The notes under the pieces are model-generated. The model searched no databases. It saw only the letters and a program-made list of their open reading frames with translations, and had not been told where the DNA came from. This document shows, in pieces, positions 1 through 9,606 of a stretch of 64,000 nt of DNA. This stretch comes from Candidatus Dormiibacterota bacterium (GTDB lineage: Bacteria; Chloroflexota; Dormibacteria; Aeolococcales; Aeolococcaceae). Positions within the stretch are counted from its first letter, which is position 1; every line of letters starts with the position of its first letter. A program made the position numbers and the translations under genes. The stretch lies in assembly GCA_963754015.1 (NCBI GenBank), contig CAVWEG010000005.1, positions 215,206 through 279,205 of the forward strand, read 5' to 3'.

Positions 1-22
1 CGACGCCTGCAATACGTGCCAT
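1..22 (-). CDS. rpsM: 30S ribosomal protein S13, first 7 codons only (gene continues past the left edge)
   Basis: Reverse complement of 1-22 reads ATG GCA CGT ATT GCA GGC GTC G = MARIAGV, the conserved S13 N-terminus. It lies 9 nt after the rpmJ stop, matching the expected rpmJ-rpsM order. Confidence 0.6.
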
Positions 23-31
23 GGCGCTGCG

Positions 32-145
32 CTACCCCTGCCGCTGCTTGTGCTTAGGGTTCTCGCAGATCACCCTCACGGCCCCGTGGCGCTTGATGAC
101 CTTGCAATGCTCGCAGAGACGCTTGACCGATGCTCTGACCTTCAT
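32..145 (-). CDS. rpmJ: 50S ribosomal protein L36 (37 aa; too short for the supplied ORF track)
   Basis: Hand translation of the minus strand gives ATG at 145-143, [37 protein letters not shown], and TAG at 34-32. The C11/C14/C27/H32 zinc ligands are present. Confidence 0.92.
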   Translation of the reverse strand: MKVRASVKRLCEHCKVIKRHGAVRVICENPKHKQRQG

Positions 146-291
146 TCCGGTGACGTGTTCCTCGTGGTTGGCGGCGTAGGGCGCCGATGGCTTGGTGCTC
201 GTTGCGCCCCGGATCGATCCGTGACGCTGGTGCCGGCGGTACCCCGATGCGTGCGCGCCGAACCAGGCTCCAGCGAGAGCCCGAGGTACTG
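146..291 (-). promoter_or_regulatory. about 140-nt untranslated leader of rpmJ-rpsM, visibly structured (possible r-protein autoregulatory leader)
   Basis: No IF-1-like or other plausible ORF in any minus-strand frame. Minus-strand pairings seen: GUACCUCG...CGGGGUAC long-range stem, GGCUC-ucgcug-GAGCC hairpin, and a GGAUCGAUCC palindrome. It lies between a good promoter and the rpmJ ATG. Confidence 0.3.
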
Positions 292-321
292 AGTATAAAC
301 CGCAGCCTGATTCTCAAGCAA
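292..321 (-). promoter_or_regulatory. sigma-70-type promoter: -35 TTGCTT, 18-nt spacer, -10 TATACT
   Basis: The minus strand reads TTGCTT (321-316) gagaatcaggctgcggtt TATACT (297-292). It is a conspicuous AT-rich island in GC-rich DNA, 16 nt after the map stop and about 150 nt upstream of rpmJ. Confidence 0.5.
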
Positions 322-336
322 ACCCGTCGAACCCAC

Positions 337-1129
337 CTAGGCGTCCGCCATGACCGGGTCGGGGCGGAGGGTCAGCACTTCGGGCCCGGACTCGGTGATT
401 GCAATCGTGTGCTCGAAGTAGCAGGAGAGCTTGCCGTCGGACGTGACGACCGTCCAGTCGTCATCGAGCACCCGGGTCTCGGGCCGGCCGACATTCACCA
501 TCGGCTCGATCGCGATGACGTACCCGGGCTTGAGCATGTTGCCCGTCCCGGGCGTGCCGTAGTTCGGGATCTGGGGCAGCTCGTGCATGTCACGGCCGAT
601 CCCGTGACCCACGTACTGGCGCACCACCGAGTAGCCGTTGGCCTCGACGAAGCCCTGGACGGCCGCGCCGATATCGCCGATGTGGTTGCCCGGGCCGTGC
701 CGCCGCGATGCCGACATCGAGTGCCTCTCGGGTGACGTCGATGAGGCGCAGCACGTCTTGTGAGGCGTCGCCGCAGGCGACGGAGAGACCACTGTCGGCC
801 CACCAGCCCTCGAGGATGAGCCCGCAGTCCAGGGAGACGAGATCACCATCGTGAATCACCTGAGGTCCCGGGATCCCATGGACGACCTGCTCGTTGATCG
901 AGACGCAGAGTGAGTTCGGGAAGCCATCGAACCCGAGGAAGCCGGGAATGCAGTTGTGATCGCGGATGAATGTCTCGGCCTCTCGGTCGAGCTCGATCGT
1001 CGCCATGCCGGGCCGGACCATCGCCGCGAGGTGCGAGAGGCAGGCGCCGAGGATCCTGCCGGACACGCGCATCTTCTCGATCTCGTCGGGCCGCTTCAGG
1101 CGGAAGCTCTCAACGTGACGGCGGCTCAC
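337..1129 (-). CDS. map: methionine aminopeptidase type I; reading frame broken by an apparent 1-nt insertion near 689-694
   Basis: The N-terminal part lies in ORF 590..1261, from GTG 1129 ([24 protein letters not shown]...VGIAAARPG). The C-terminal part lies in ORF 337..849 ([36 protein letters not shown]...). The span is 793 nt = 3n+1. The GTG start overlaps the adk stop (GTGA). Confidence 0.9.
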
Positions 1130-1716
1130 TGTGAGGTCACCGCGACGCCGTGATGGCGCAGGGCCGTGATGATGCGCTCGGTGATCGTGTCGATATCGCC
1201 AACGCCGTCGATCTCCTCGATCCGCGTGCCAACCGACTTGTAGTGGTCGAGCACCGGCCACGTGTCCTGACGGTAGACGACGAGGCGGTTCTCGAGGCCC
1301 TCGATGGTGTCGTCGCTCCGGCCCTCGATGTTGGCGCGCTTGAGGATGCGGGTCCTGAGCTCGTCGTCGGGGACTTCGAGCGAGATCACCTCGGCGACGT
1401 AGTCGTCGCGCGCCTTGAGCATTCGGTCGAGCGTGACCGCCTGGGGAACGGTGCGCGGGAACCCGTCGAGCATGACGCCCTTGATGGCGTCCTGCTGATT
1501 GAGCCGCGCGTTGATCATTCGGACGACGAGATCGTCGGGCACGAGGCCGCCGGCGTCCATGATCGGCTTGGCTTCACGGCCGAGGTCGGTGCCACGCGCC
1601 ACCTCGTTGCGGAGCATGTCGCCGGCTGCGACGTGCGGAATGCCGAGGCGGACGGCGACCCGCGAAGCCTGCGTCCCCTTGCCGCTCCCGGGCGGGCCGA
1701 ACATGACGGCGATCAC
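1126..1716 (-). CDS. adk: adenylate kinase (short form, 196 aa)
   Basis: VIAVMFGPPGSGKGTQ P-loop, LVPDDLV and DGFPRT motifs. GTG at 1716 overlaps the secY stop (GTGA). The 698-aa ORF in the track is an upstream run-on of this frame. Confidence 0.93.
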   Translation of the reverse strand: MIAVMFGPPGSGKGTQASRVAVRLGIPHVAAGDMLRNEVARGTDLGREAKPIMDAGGLVPDDLVVRMINARLNQQDAIKGVMLDGFPRTVPQAVTLDRMLKARDDYVAEVISLEVPDDELRTRILKRANIEGRSDDTIEGLENRLVVYRQDTWPVLDHYKSVGTRIEEIDGVGDIDTITERIITALRHHGVAVTSQ

Positions 1717-3047
1717 TTGATGAAGCCCTTGTACTGGCGCATGAGCAACTGCGTCTCGATCTGCTTCATGGTGTCGAGCGCGACGCCGACGACGATGAGG
1801 ATCGCCGTGCCGCCGAGGTAGAGGCTCGTCGACGGGACTCCGGTGAGCACCGCGGTCAGCAGCGGGAGCACGACGGTGATCATCGCGAGGAAGAGCGCGC
1901 CGGCGAGCGTGATCCGGCCCATGACCTTGCCGAGATACTCGGCGGTGCTCCTGCCCGGTCTGATGCCCGGGATGAACGTCGACTGTTTCTTGAGGTTGTC
2001 GGCGACGTCCACGGGATCGAAGACGATCGCCGTGTAGAAGTACGTGAAGCCCATGACGAGCAGGAAGTAGATGCCGTTGTAGAGGAAGTTCAACGGGATG
2101 AAACCACCCGTTGCCTGCCAGTTTGTGGTGATCCACGACGACACTGCAAGCGTCCAGCCCGTGCTGCTCTGGAACAGGTTGGCGAAGATCGTCGGGAAGG
2201 TCATGATCGAGATCGCGAAGATGATCGGGATGACTCCCGCGGCGTTGACTCGAAGCGGTAAGAAGTTGCGCCGCCCTTGCGAGGCCATACCGGTGCGCAC
2301 GTTGAGGACGCGTTGGGCCGATTGCACCGGGACTTTGCGCTGTGCCTGCTGGACCTCGATGACTCCCGCGGTGACGGCGACTGCGATGAGGGTCATCACT
2401 GCCAGCTGGACGATGTGCGCGGTGCCACCGGTGCCGCCGTAACCGACGATTGCCGCCGGCAGCCTCCCGATGATGCCGACGAAGATGATCAGTGAGACGC
2501 CGTTGCCGACGCCGTATTCCGTGATGAGCTCGCCGAGCCACATCGCGATGATCGTGCCGGCGGTGAGCGTGAGGATGATGCTGATCTCGGTCGCCCCGCT
2601 GGGGTTCGAGAGGATCGCGCCGTCCTTGGTCACCTGCGGGTTGGTGAAGAGCGCGAGGTAGCCGTACGCCTGGAGCATCGCCAGCGGGACGGTGAGCCAG
2701 CGCGTGTAGCGGGTGATCTTCTTGCGGCCGATCTCCCCTTCCTTGCTCAACTCCTTGAGGCGGACGGAGACGACCGTCATCAACTGCATGATGATCGTGG
2801 CGTTGATGTAGGGATTCAGTCCCAGGGCAACGATGGTGAAGCGCTGCAAGCCGCCGCCACTGAAAAGGTTGAGCAGGCCGAGCAGCGAGTTGCCAGAGAA
2901 GAGGTCGTTCAGCGCCACGGGATTCGCCCCGGGGATCGAGATGCTTGCGAGGATCCGGAAGGCGAGCAGCAGGCCAAGAGTGAAGAGCAGCTTGCGTCGC
3001 AGCTCCGGAATCCGCAGTGCCTGGGCAAGCGCCTGGAGGAGGTTCAC
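1713..3047 (-). CDS. secY: preprotein translocase subunit SecY
   Basis: 444-aa polytopic protein ([24 protein letters not shown]...GTAILIVVGVALDTMKQIETQLLMRQYKGFIK) in the canonical rplO-secY-adk position. GTG start. Confidence 0.97.
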   Translation of the reverse strand: MNLLQALAQALRIPELRRKLLFTLGLLLAFRILASISIPGANPVALNDLFSGNSLLGLLNLFSGGGLQRFTIVALGLNPYINATIIMQLMTVVSVRLKELSKEGEIGRKKITRYTRWLTVPLAMLQAYGYLALFTNPQVTKDGAILSNPSGATEISIILTLTAGTIIAMWLGELITEYGVGNGVSLIIFVGIIGRLPAAIVGYGGTGGTAHIVQLAVMTLIAVAVTAGVIEVQQAQRKVPVQSAQRVLNVRTGMASQGRRNFLPLRVNAAGVIPIIFAISIMTFPTIFANLFQSSTGWTLAVSSWITTNWQATGGFIPLNFLYNGIYFLLVMGFTYFYTAIVFDPVDVADNLKKQSTFIPGIRPGRSTAEYLGKVMGRITLAGALFLAMITVVLPLLTAVLTGVPSTSLYLGGTAILIVVGVALDTMKQIETQLLMRQYKGFIK

Positions 3048-3754
3048 TCCGAGTCCTCGGTCTCCGCCTCGTTATCAGGTGTGCCGTCGGGCTCGGTCTC
3101 TGGAGCGGATTCGGCCTCGGCAGTTGCCTTCGGGGCCTTTGCCGCCTTTGCTTTCGCGTCAGCTTTCTTCGTGCGGCGGCTCGGCGCCTCGGCTGCCGGA
3201 GCATTCTCCGCCGCTGCCGCACGGGCGTCCGACGCCTCCGTCTTGGCTGCTTTCTTCGTCGCCCGAACCGCAGCGCGGCCCCGGGTCACGATCTCCGACT
3301 CAGGCTGAGGGCCGACGAGCTCAACGGTGCCGCCTGCAGCTTCGACCGCGGTGCGCGCTGCGGCCGAGATCCGATCGACCCGGAGCGTCAGCGCGTGCGT
3401 CAGATGACCGGCAGCGAGCACCTTGATCGGTGAGGACGCGCGCGGGATCAGACCCGCTTCGGTGAGCACGTCGGCATCAACGACGCTGCCCTGCTCGAAA
3501 CGAACGAGCTTGCCGAGGTTGACGACGACGAATTCCTTGCGCCAGCGGTTGTGAAAACCGCGGAGCTTCGGGAGCCGCTGCTTGAGTGGCATCTGGCCAC
3601 CCTCAAAGCCGCGGGGCAGTCCGAAGCTCGAGCGCGACCCCTGGCCCTTCTGGCCGCGGCCGCTCGTCTTGCCCTGGCCGGCACCGTGACCGCGGCCGAT
3701 CCGCTTGCGGGTCTTTCGGTTGCCCTTGGCGGGAACCAGCTCGTGCAGCTTCAT
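3044..3754 (-). CDS. rplO: 50S ribosomal protein L15 with about 90-aa Ala/Lys/Glu-rich C-terminal tail (236 aa)
   Basis: [38 protein letters not shown]... ATG 3754 overlaps the rpmD stop (ATGA). The longer ORF 3044..4153 is a run-on. Confidence 0.93.
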   Translation of the reverse strand: MKLHELVPAKGNRKTRKRIGRGHGAGQGKTSGRGQKGQGSRSSFGLPRGFEGGQMPLKQRLPKLRGFHNRWRKEFVVVNLGKLVRFEQGSVVDADVLTEAGLIPRASSPIKVLAAGHLTHALTLRVDRISAAARTAVEAAGGTVELVGPQPESEIVTRGRAAVRATKKAAKTEASDARAAAAENAPAAEAPSRRTKKADAKAKAAKAPKATAEAESAPETEPDGTPDNEAETEDSE

Positions 3755-3990
3755 GCGGCGTCCTCTGCCGCGAGGCTCTGCAGCAGCGCGACACCCGCCG
3801 GAGAGTCCGCCGGCTCGCCGTTGACGGCGACCAGGTGACGCACCTTGTGGACCATGCCCCGAATCGACGGGGTCGCCTCGTGCTCGACGGTGTGATTCAG
3901 CTTCTTGAGACCGAGCGCCGCGAGCGTGCGCTTCTGGTCCCAGGCGTAGCCGATCGAGCTCTTGCGGTAGGTCACGCGGACGGTGCTCAC
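3751..3990 (-). CDS. rpmD: 50S ribosomal protein L30
   Basis: [57 protein letters not shown] start overlaps the rpsE stop (GTGA). Confidence 0.93.
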   Translation of the reverse strand: MSTVRVTYRKSSIGYAWDQKRTLAALGLKKLNHTVEHEATPSIRGMVHKVRHLVAVNGEPADSPAGVALLQSLAAEDAA

Positions 3991-4577
3991 GGTGCGACGA
4001 CCTCAACAGGCGCGACATCGGCCGCGGCAGGCGTGCGACCGAGCATCCGGTCGGCCATCTTGCGGCTGCCGACGATCTGCTCCGGCGTGCGGCCGCGCAG
4101 CTCGGCGACAGATGCCAAAGTGCGGAGGCTCGCCAGCGCAGACACCGTGGCACGCACGACGTTGATCGGGTTGTCCGTGCCGAGGCTCTTGGTCAGGATG
4201 TCCTTGATCCCTGCCGCCTCGACGACGGCGCGCATCGAGCTGCCGCTGATGACGCCCGTTCCCGGGACGCCCGGCTTCAGCATCACCTTGGCGGCGCCCA
4301 GCTTGTAGCGCACCTCGTGCGGGATGGTCGTTCCGACCATCGGCACGGTGATCATGTGTTTCTTCGCGTCGTCGACGCCCTTGCGGATGGCATCCGGCAC
4401 CTCACCGGCCTTGCCGAGACCCGCGCCGACGCGACCCTTGCCGTCTCCAACGACGACGAGCGCGCTGAACGAGAAGCGGCGTCCGCCCTTGACCACTTTG
4501 GCCACGCGGTTCAGCGAGACGATCTTCTCCTGGAATTCGCTGCCGCGGTCATCGCGGCGATCCATGCGCATACCCAT
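3987..4577 (-). CDS. rpsE: 30S ribosomal protein S5
   Basis: [51 protein letters not shown] signature, in spc-operon position. Confidence 0.97.
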   Translation of the reverse strand: MGMRMDRRDDRGSEFQEKIVSLNRVAKVVKGGRRFSFSALVVVGDGKGRVGAGLGKAGEVPDAIRKGVDDAKKHMITVPMVGTTIPHEVRYKLGAAKVMLKPGVPGTGVISGSSMRAVVEAAGIKDILTKSLGTDNPINVVRATVSALASLRTLASVAELRGRTPEQIVGSRKMADRMLGRTPAAADVAPVEVVAP

Positions 4578-4578
4578 G

Positions 4579-4953
4579 TCAGAACTTCAGGCCGCCCTCG
4601 CGGGCAGCCTCCGCAAGCGCCTTGACGCGGCCGTGGAAGAGGTAGCCGGCACGGTCGAACACCACGGTGTCGACACCGGCGGCCTTCGCACGCTCGGAGA
4701 TGGTCTTGCCGATCGCAGCCGCGCCTGCGGTGGTGCAGGCGTTGGCGTCGCCGAGGACGGACCGCAGCGCAGGCTCGGTCGTCGACGCGGCGACGATCGT
4801 ATGGCCGGTTGCGTCATCGACGAGTTGCGCGCCGATGTGGCGGAGGCTGCGGAACACCGCGAGACGCGGGCGCGCGGCCGTGCCGGACACGTGCTTGCGG
4901 ACACGGCGGTGACGCCGTGCGCGGGCAGCGCGTCGATCGTGCTTCGTGAACAT
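4579..4953 (-). CDS. rplR: 50S ribosomal protein L18
   Basis: [33 protein letters not shown]...[28 protein letters not shown]. Confidence 0.96.
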   Translation of the reverse strand: MFTKHDRRAARARRHRRVRKHVSGTAARPRLAVFRSLRHIGAQLVDDATGHTIVAASTTEPALRSVLGDANACTTAGAAAIGKTISERAKAAGVDTVVFDRAGYLFHGRVKALAEAAREGGLKF

Positions 4954-4987
4954 GCTGATTCAGCCTTCTACTTACTACTTGGTCTCG

Positions 4988-5542
4988 TTACTTGGTCTTG
5001 CCGGCCTTGCCCGACTTGCCCGCCTTGCGTCGCAGCTTCTCGCCGCGATACAGGATGCCCTTGCCCTTGTACGGCTCGGGCTTGCGGAATGAGCGAATCT
5101 TCGCAGCTACCTGGCCGACGACCTCTTTATCGGATCCGCTGATCGCGATCTGCGTGGGAGCGGGAACGTCGATGGTGATGCCGTCGGGCGGTGTGTAGCG
5201 AATCGGGTGCGAGTAGCCGAGCGTCAGGACGAGGTCGCCACCCTGCTTCGAGGCGCGGAAGCCGACGCCGACGAGGTCGAGCTCACGGGTGAAGCCACCG
5301 CTGACACCCTGCACCATGTTCGCGACGAGCGTGCGTGTGAGCCCGTGCAGCGAGCGATGGATGCGCGCGTTCGACGGCCGGTCCACGGTGATCGTCTCGG
5401 GCTCGACGTTGATGAGCATCGACGGTGCGAACGTGCGCTCCAGCGTCCCGCGCGACCCGGTGACGCTGAGGCGATTGCCCGTTTGCAACGCGACCTCGAC
5501 TCCGGCGGGCACGGGGATGGGGAGCTTTCCGATGCGCGACAT
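4988..5542 (-). CDS. rplF: 50S ribosomal protein L6
   Basis: [20 protein letters not shown]...[16 protein letters not shown] at 5542 chosen over the upstream run-on start at 5584. Confidence 0.94.
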   Translation of the reverse strand: MSRIGKLPIPVPAGVEVALQTGNRLSVTGSRGTLERTFAPSMLINVEPETITVDRPSNARIHRSLHGLTRTLVANMVQGVSGGFTRELDLVGVGFRASKQGGDLVLTLGYSHPIRYTPPDGITIDVPAPTQIAISGSDKEVVGQVAAKIRSFRKPEPYKGKGILYRGEKLRRKAGKSGKAGKTK

Positions 5543-5552
5543 GACTACTGCC

Positions 5553-5948
5553 TCACCACACGAAAGCGACGACTTCGCCGCCAAGCCCGGCGCGCTGCGC
5601 CGCGCGTCCAGTCATCAATCCACGGGACGTCGAGATGATCGCCACGCCGAGTCCACCGAGCACGCGCGGGATCTCGGATTTGCGCGCATACACGCGCAAT
5701 CCCGGGCGGCTGATGCGCCGGAGGCCGGAGAGGGCGCGCCCGCGCGGGCTGCCCGGCTTCAGCGTCACGGTGAGCAGCTGCATCGGCGCGTCGCCCGAGA
5801 CTTCGTAACCGTCGACGAAGCCCTCCTCGGTGAGGACGCGCGCGATCTCGACCTTCATCTTCGACACCGGGATCTCCACGGTGCGGTGATGGGCCTGGTT
5901 GGCGTTGCGGATGCGGGTGAGCATGTCCGCGATGCTGTCACTGGTCAT
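5553..5948 (-). CDS. rpsH: 30S ribosomal protein S8
   Basis: MTSDSIADMLTRIRNANQAHHRTVEIPVSKMK...GGEVVAFVW. Confidence 0.97.
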   Translation of the reverse strand: MTSDSIADMLTRIRNANQAHHRTVEIPVSKMKVEIARVLTEEGFVDGYEVSGDAPMQLLTVTLKPGSPRGRALSGLRRISRPGLRVYARKSEIPRVLGGLGVAIISTSRGLMTGRAAQRAGLGGEVVAFVW

Positions 5949-5951
5949 GGC

Positions 5952-6137
5952 TTACCACGAACTCTTCTGGACGCCAGGAATCTGTCCGATGCTGGCGAGT
6001 TGACGGAAACAGATCCGGCACATGCCGAATTTGCGCATGTATGCACGCGGACGTCCGCACACACCGCACCGATGGTGCGCTTGCGTGGAGTAACGCGCCG
6101 GCCGATTCGCCTTTGCGATCAACGACTTCTTTGCCAT
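5952..6137 (-). CDS. rpsZ: 30S ribosomal protein S14, type Z (61 aa, Cys4 zinc form)
   Basis: [61 protein letters not shown], with the CxxC...CxxC pattern. Confidence 0.96.
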   Translation of the reverse strand: MAKKSLIAKANRPARYSTQAHHRCGVCGRPRAYMRKFGMCRICFRQLASIGQIPGVQKSSW

Positions 6138-6140
6138 CGC

Positions 6141-6704
6141 TCAGTTCTTCCTGAAGGGCATTCCGAGCCCGGTGAGGAGCGCACGGCCCTCCGCGTCGGT
6201 GCGGGCTGTGGTCACGATGCATACCTCCAACCCACGCAACTTGTCGATCTTGTCGTAGTCGATCTCCGGGAACACGAGTTGCTCGCGCAACCCGAGGGTG
6301 TAGTTGCCGTGGCCATCGAATGCCTTCGAGTTGACGCCGCGGAAGTCGCGGATGCGGGGCAACGCGACATTGAGGAGCTTGTCGAGGAAGTCGTACATGC
6401 GGCGGCCGCGGAGCGTCACCTTGATGCCGATCGGCATGCCCTCGCGGAGCTTGAACGCCGCGACGGACTTCCGCGCCTTGATCACGATGGGCGCTTGTCC
6501 GGTGATCTGCTTGAGATCCGAGATGGCGGCATCGATTGAACGCGCGTTGGCGATCGCCTCACCCATGCCGATATTGACGACGACCTTCTCGATCGCCGGC
6601 ACCTGCATGGCGTTGAGGTAGCGGAACTCGGCCACCAACGCGGGCACGATCTCGTCCACGTAGCGGCGGCGGAGGCGCGGAAGTTCGGCGACTGCGACGG
6701 CCAT
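6141..6704 (-). CDS. rplE: 50S ribosomal protein L5
   Basis: [50 protein letters not shown]... ATG 6704 shares one base with the rplX stop (TGATG). Confidence 0.94.
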   Translation of the reverse strand: MAVAVAELPRLRRRYVDEIVPALVAEFRYLNAMQVPAIEKVVVNIGMGEAIANARSIDAAISDLKQITGQAPIVIKARKSVAAFKLREGMPIGIKVTLRGRRMYDFLDKLLNVALPRIRDFRGVNSKAFDGHGNYTLGLREQLVFPEIDYDKIDKLRGLEVCIVTTARTDAEGRALLTGLGMPFRKN

Positions 6705-7108
6705 CAGACCTGTGCCCTGTCGTAGTGCTCGCCGCACTTCTTGCACACGATCACGCGCCGCCCCAGCTCGTCCACGGCGTGGGCGATCCGGGTGCGCTTG
6801 TCGCAGCGGTTGCAGACGAGCATGACGTTGCTATAGGCGACGGGACCGTCGAAGTCGACGATGCCGCCCTGGATGTTGCCCTGCACTCCGGACTTGGTGT
6901 GGCGCTTGAGCAGGTTGATGCCACGCACGGCAACGCGCTGCTGATCCGTGAGGACGCGCTCGACGACACCTCGCTTGCCCTTGTCCTTGCCGCTGAGCAC
7001 TTCGACGTTGTCACCTTGGCGGATGTCGAGCGGACGCAGCTGTCCACCGGCCCAGCCCTCATGGCGAAGCGTGTTCCGGCGCTTGCGGATGACGCGTGGC
7101 GTCGGCAT
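6704..7108 (-). CDS. rplX: 50S ribosomal protein L24 (134 aa) with N-terminal extension and C-terminal Cys4 motif
   Basis: KOW signature [24 protein letters not shown]...[17 protein letters not shown], then CNRC-x19-CKKC. ATG 7108 lies 1 nt after the rplN stop; the alternative start at 7138 would overlap rplN. Confidence 0.88.
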   Translation of the reverse strand: MPTPRVIRKRRNTLRHEGWAGGQLRPLDIRQGDNVEVLSGKDKGKRGVVERVLTDQQRVAVRGINLLKRHTKSGVQGNIQGGIVDFDGPVAYSNVMLVCNRCDKRTRIAHAVDELGRRVIVCKKCGEHYDRAQV

Positions 7109-7109
7109 G

Positions 7110-7478
7110 TCAGATGACCTCCGGCGCGAGGCTGACAATCTTCATGAAGTTGCGCTCGCGCAATTCACGTGCAACCGGTCCGAAGATGCGCGATCCACGT
7201 GGGTTGTTCTGCGGGGTGATGAGCACGGCCGCGTTCTCGTCGAAGCGGATGTTGCTGCCGTCGGGGCGCTTGTACTCCTTGGTCGTGCGCACGACGACCG
7301 CGCGCACCACATCACCTTTCTTGACCTGCGCGTTCGGCTGCGCGACCTTGACGGTGCCGATGATGACATCGCCGACGGACGCGTACTTCCGATAGCTGCC
7401 GCCGAGCACGCGGATGCAGAGCAACTCGCGCGCGCCGCTGTTGTCGGCCACCTTGAGGACCGATTCCTGCTGGATCAC
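7110..7478 (-). CDS. rplN: 50S ribosomal protein L14
   Basis: (V)[26 protein letters not shown]...[28 protein letters not shown] 7478 gives the canonical 122 aa. Confidence 0.95.
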   Translation of the reverse strand: MIQQESVLKVADNSGARELLCIRVLGGSYRKYASVGDVIIGTVKVAQPNAQVKKGDVVRAVVVRTTKEYKRPDGSNIRFDENAAVLITPQNNPRGSRIFGPVARELRERNFMKIVSLAPEVI

Positions 7479-7479
7479 G

Positions 7480-7755
7480 TCAGCGAGCCTTTTCCAGAAC
7501 TTCGGCAACGCGCCAGCGAATCTCCTTCGAGATCGGCCGCGTCTCGACGATGCGCACGCGATCACCGACGCCGCAGCTCTCGTCGTCGTGCACCTTGAAA
7601 CGACGCGTGTGACGGACGACCTTCTTGTAGAGCGGGTGCGGCTTTTGCTCCTGCACCACCACGATCACCGTCTTCTCCATCTTGTCGCTCACGACCACGC
7701 CGTCGCGGGTCTTGCGACGGGTGCGCGGAGTGACAGCCGGGGTCGCGTCAGTCAT
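7480..7755 (-). CDS. rpsQ: 30S ribosomal protein S17
   Basis: [61 protein letters not shown] at 7755 (an alternative ATG is at 7761) overlaps the 3' end of rpmC. Confidence 0.9.
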   Translation of the reverse strand: MTDATPAVTPRTRRKTRDGVVVSDKMEKTVIVVVQEQKPHPLYKKVVRHTRRFKVHDDESCGVGDRVRIVETRPISKEIRWRVAEVLEKAR

Positions 7756-8161
7756 CGACATTCTCCTGATCGTCGGCGGTATCGGCGACCTCCACCTCGG
7801 GCTCGGGGAACTCGACGACGGGCACCGCTGCCGGCACGACTGCAGGAACCTGCAGGCGCGGTTCGGCCTTTGCTTTCGGCTTGGTGGGCTTGGGCTTTGC
7901 AGCCTTCGCCGGTGTAGCGGGCGCAGCCGCAGCAGCGAGCAGCAGCTCCGGCCGGAGGCCACGCTCGATCTCGATCTTCACGGTCATCGCTCGCGCGATC
8001 TCATGACGGATCTCGCGCACCTGACGGTGGTTCTCGACCTGGCCGGTCGCCTGCTGGAAGCGGACCTCGAAGAGGCGGCGGCGCTGCTTGCTGAGGTGGT
8101 CGTCGAGCTCGGCCACAGTCATGCGGCGCAACTCGACAAGTGCCTCGACCTGCTTCGTCAT
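7748..8161 (-). CDS. rpmC: 50S ribosomal protein L29 with about 70-aa Ala/Pro/Lys then acidic tail (137 aa)
   Basis: [64 protein letters not shown] overlaps the rplP stop (ATGA). Confidence 0.92.
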   Translation of the reverse strand: MTKQVEALVELRRMTVAELDDHLSKQRRRLFEVRFQQATGQVENHRQVREIRHEIARAMTVKIEIERGLRPELLLAAAAAPATPAKAAKPKPTKPKAKAEPRLQVPAVVPAAVPVVEFPEPEVEVADTADDQENVDD

Positions 8162-8595
8162 ACCGTCGCCTCCAGATCGGCGCCGGTCTCTTCGCGCTGC
8201 AGGAAACGGGTCTTGATCGGCAGCTTGAACGCTGCGAGGCGCATCGCTTCCTGCGCGGTCTCGCGGGTGACGCCGGCCATCTCGAAGAGCACGCGACCGG
8301 GGAGCACGACGGCCACCCAGCCCTCGGGCTGGCCCTTGCCGCTGCCCATGCGGGTCTCTGCCGGCTTCTTCGTGAACGCGTGGTCGGGAAAGATGCGGAT
8401 CCAGATCTTGCCGCCGCGCTTGACGTGGCGGGTCATGGCGCGCCGGGCGGCCTCGATCTGCCGGTTCGTCATCCAGCACTGCTCGGTGGCCTGGAGCCCA
8501 AACGTGCCGAAGTCGAGCTTGTTGCCACGCTGTGCGGCGCCGGTCCGGCGTCCGCGATGGAGCTTGCGGTGCTTGGTCCGCTTGGGCATCAACAT
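8158..8595 (-). CDS. rplP: 50S ribosomal protein L16
   Basis: [36 protein letters not shown]...[16 protein letters not shown]. Confidence 0.97.
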   Translation of the reverse strand: MLMPKRTKHRKLHRGRRTGAAQRGNKLDFGTFGLQATEQCWMTNRQIEAARRAMTRHVKRGGKIWIRIFPDHAFTKKPAETRMGSGKGQPEGWVAVVLPGRVLFEMAGVTRETAQEAMRLAAFKLPIKTRFLQREETGADLEATV

Positions 8596-8598
8596 CGC

Positions 8599-9606
8599 TT
8601 ACTCCTCCTCTTCTTCGACGACGTCGGCGGGCGCGTCGGTCTTGCTCGCCGGCTTCTTCGGCGCGCGAGCGGTAGAGGTGGGCTTCTTCGCCGCAACCGG
8701 CTTGCGGCGCGCGGGAGCGCGTTTCGGTGTCAGCTTCTCGACCTTCTGCCCGTCCGCGGCAGGATCGACGCCGGCGGCCGCGATGACCTCCTCGTCCTCA
8801 TCGATCTCGGGAACGTCCTCGGCCGTGACCTCGGCCTCCACATCCGGCTCCGCGATCTCGAGCACAACCTCCGCCTCTTCAGCGGGGGCTTCGACGACCC
8901 GCGGCGCGGCAACCGGCACGCGATCCTCGAGGCCGCGGTCCTCGGTGCGGTCCTTGCCCGCGGCGATCGGCTCGCCGGTGGCAGTGACGTAGTCGCCGAG
9001 GTACAGCCAGCACTGCACGCCGATCCGCCCGAAGGTGGTGCGCGCTTCGGCCTTGCCGTAGTCGATGTTCGCGCGCAGCGTGTGCAGCGGCACGCGTCCG
9101 TCGCGGTCCCACTCGCGGCGGGACATCTCCGAGCCGCCGAGCCTGCCGCTGACCTGGATCTTCACGCCCTTGGCACCCGCGCGCATGCTCCGCATCAACG
9201 TCTGCTTGAGCGCGCGACGGAACGCGATGCGCTTCTCGAGCTGCGATGCGACGTTCTCTGCGACGAGCGTCGCGTCAAGCTCGGGTGTCTTGATCTCGTG
9301 GATCGTGACCCGCACCTTCTTGCCGGAGATGCGCTCGAGCTCGTCGCGGAGTGCATCGACGGATGCGCCCTGCTTGCCGATGACGATGCCCGGCTTGGCA
9401 GTCTGGATGATGACCGTGAGCTGGTTCGCGCTGCGCTCGGTCTCGATGCGCGCCAGACCTGCGTTGCGCAGACGGCTACCGATGAGCCGGCGCATCGCGA
9501 TGTCCTCGTGGAGCAGCTTCGTGTATTCCTTGTCGGCGTACCAGCGCGCGTCCCAGTTGCGATAGATGCCGAGGCGGAAACCGATTGGATTGACTTTCTG
9601 ACCCAT
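8599..9606 (-). CDS. rpsC: 30S ribosomal protein S3 with about 125-aa acidic/basic C-terminal extension (335 aa)
   Basis: [36 protein letters not shown]...KH and S3-C domains. The tail is rich in E/D, then K/P/A, and ends EEEEE. Confidence 0.96.
   Translation of the reverse strand: MGQKVNPIGFRLGIYRNWDARWYADKEYTKLLHEDIAMRRLIGSRLRNAGLARIETERSANQLTVIIQTAKPGIVIGKQGASVDALRDELERISGKKVRVTIHEIKTPELDATLVAENVASQLEKRIAFRRALKQTLMRSMRAGAKGVKIQVSGRLGGSEMSRREWDRDGRVPLHTLRANIDYGKAEARTTFGRIGVQCWLYLGDYVTATGEPIAAGKDRTEDRGLEDRVPVAAPRVVEAPAEEAEVVLEIAEPDVEAEVTAEDVPEIDEDEEVIAAAGVDPAADGQKVEKLTPKRAPARRKPVAAKKPTSTARAPKKPASKTDAPADVVEEEEE

Noticed and set aside
146-336. Possible degenerate infA (IF-1) or other small ORF between map and rpmJ
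   Set aside because: Hand translation of all three minus-strand frames shows nothing resembling IF-1 (no ...HISGKMR...ILxGD...SPYD) and no ORF with a start codon and Shine-Dalgarno.
1126-3222. 698-aa ORF that appears to fuse adk to a long N-terminal extension
   Set aside because: The upstream 500 aa overlap secY out of frame and are Arg/Pro/His-rich nonsense. The canonical adk N-terminus (GPPGSGKGTQ) begins right after a GTG that overlaps the secY stop.
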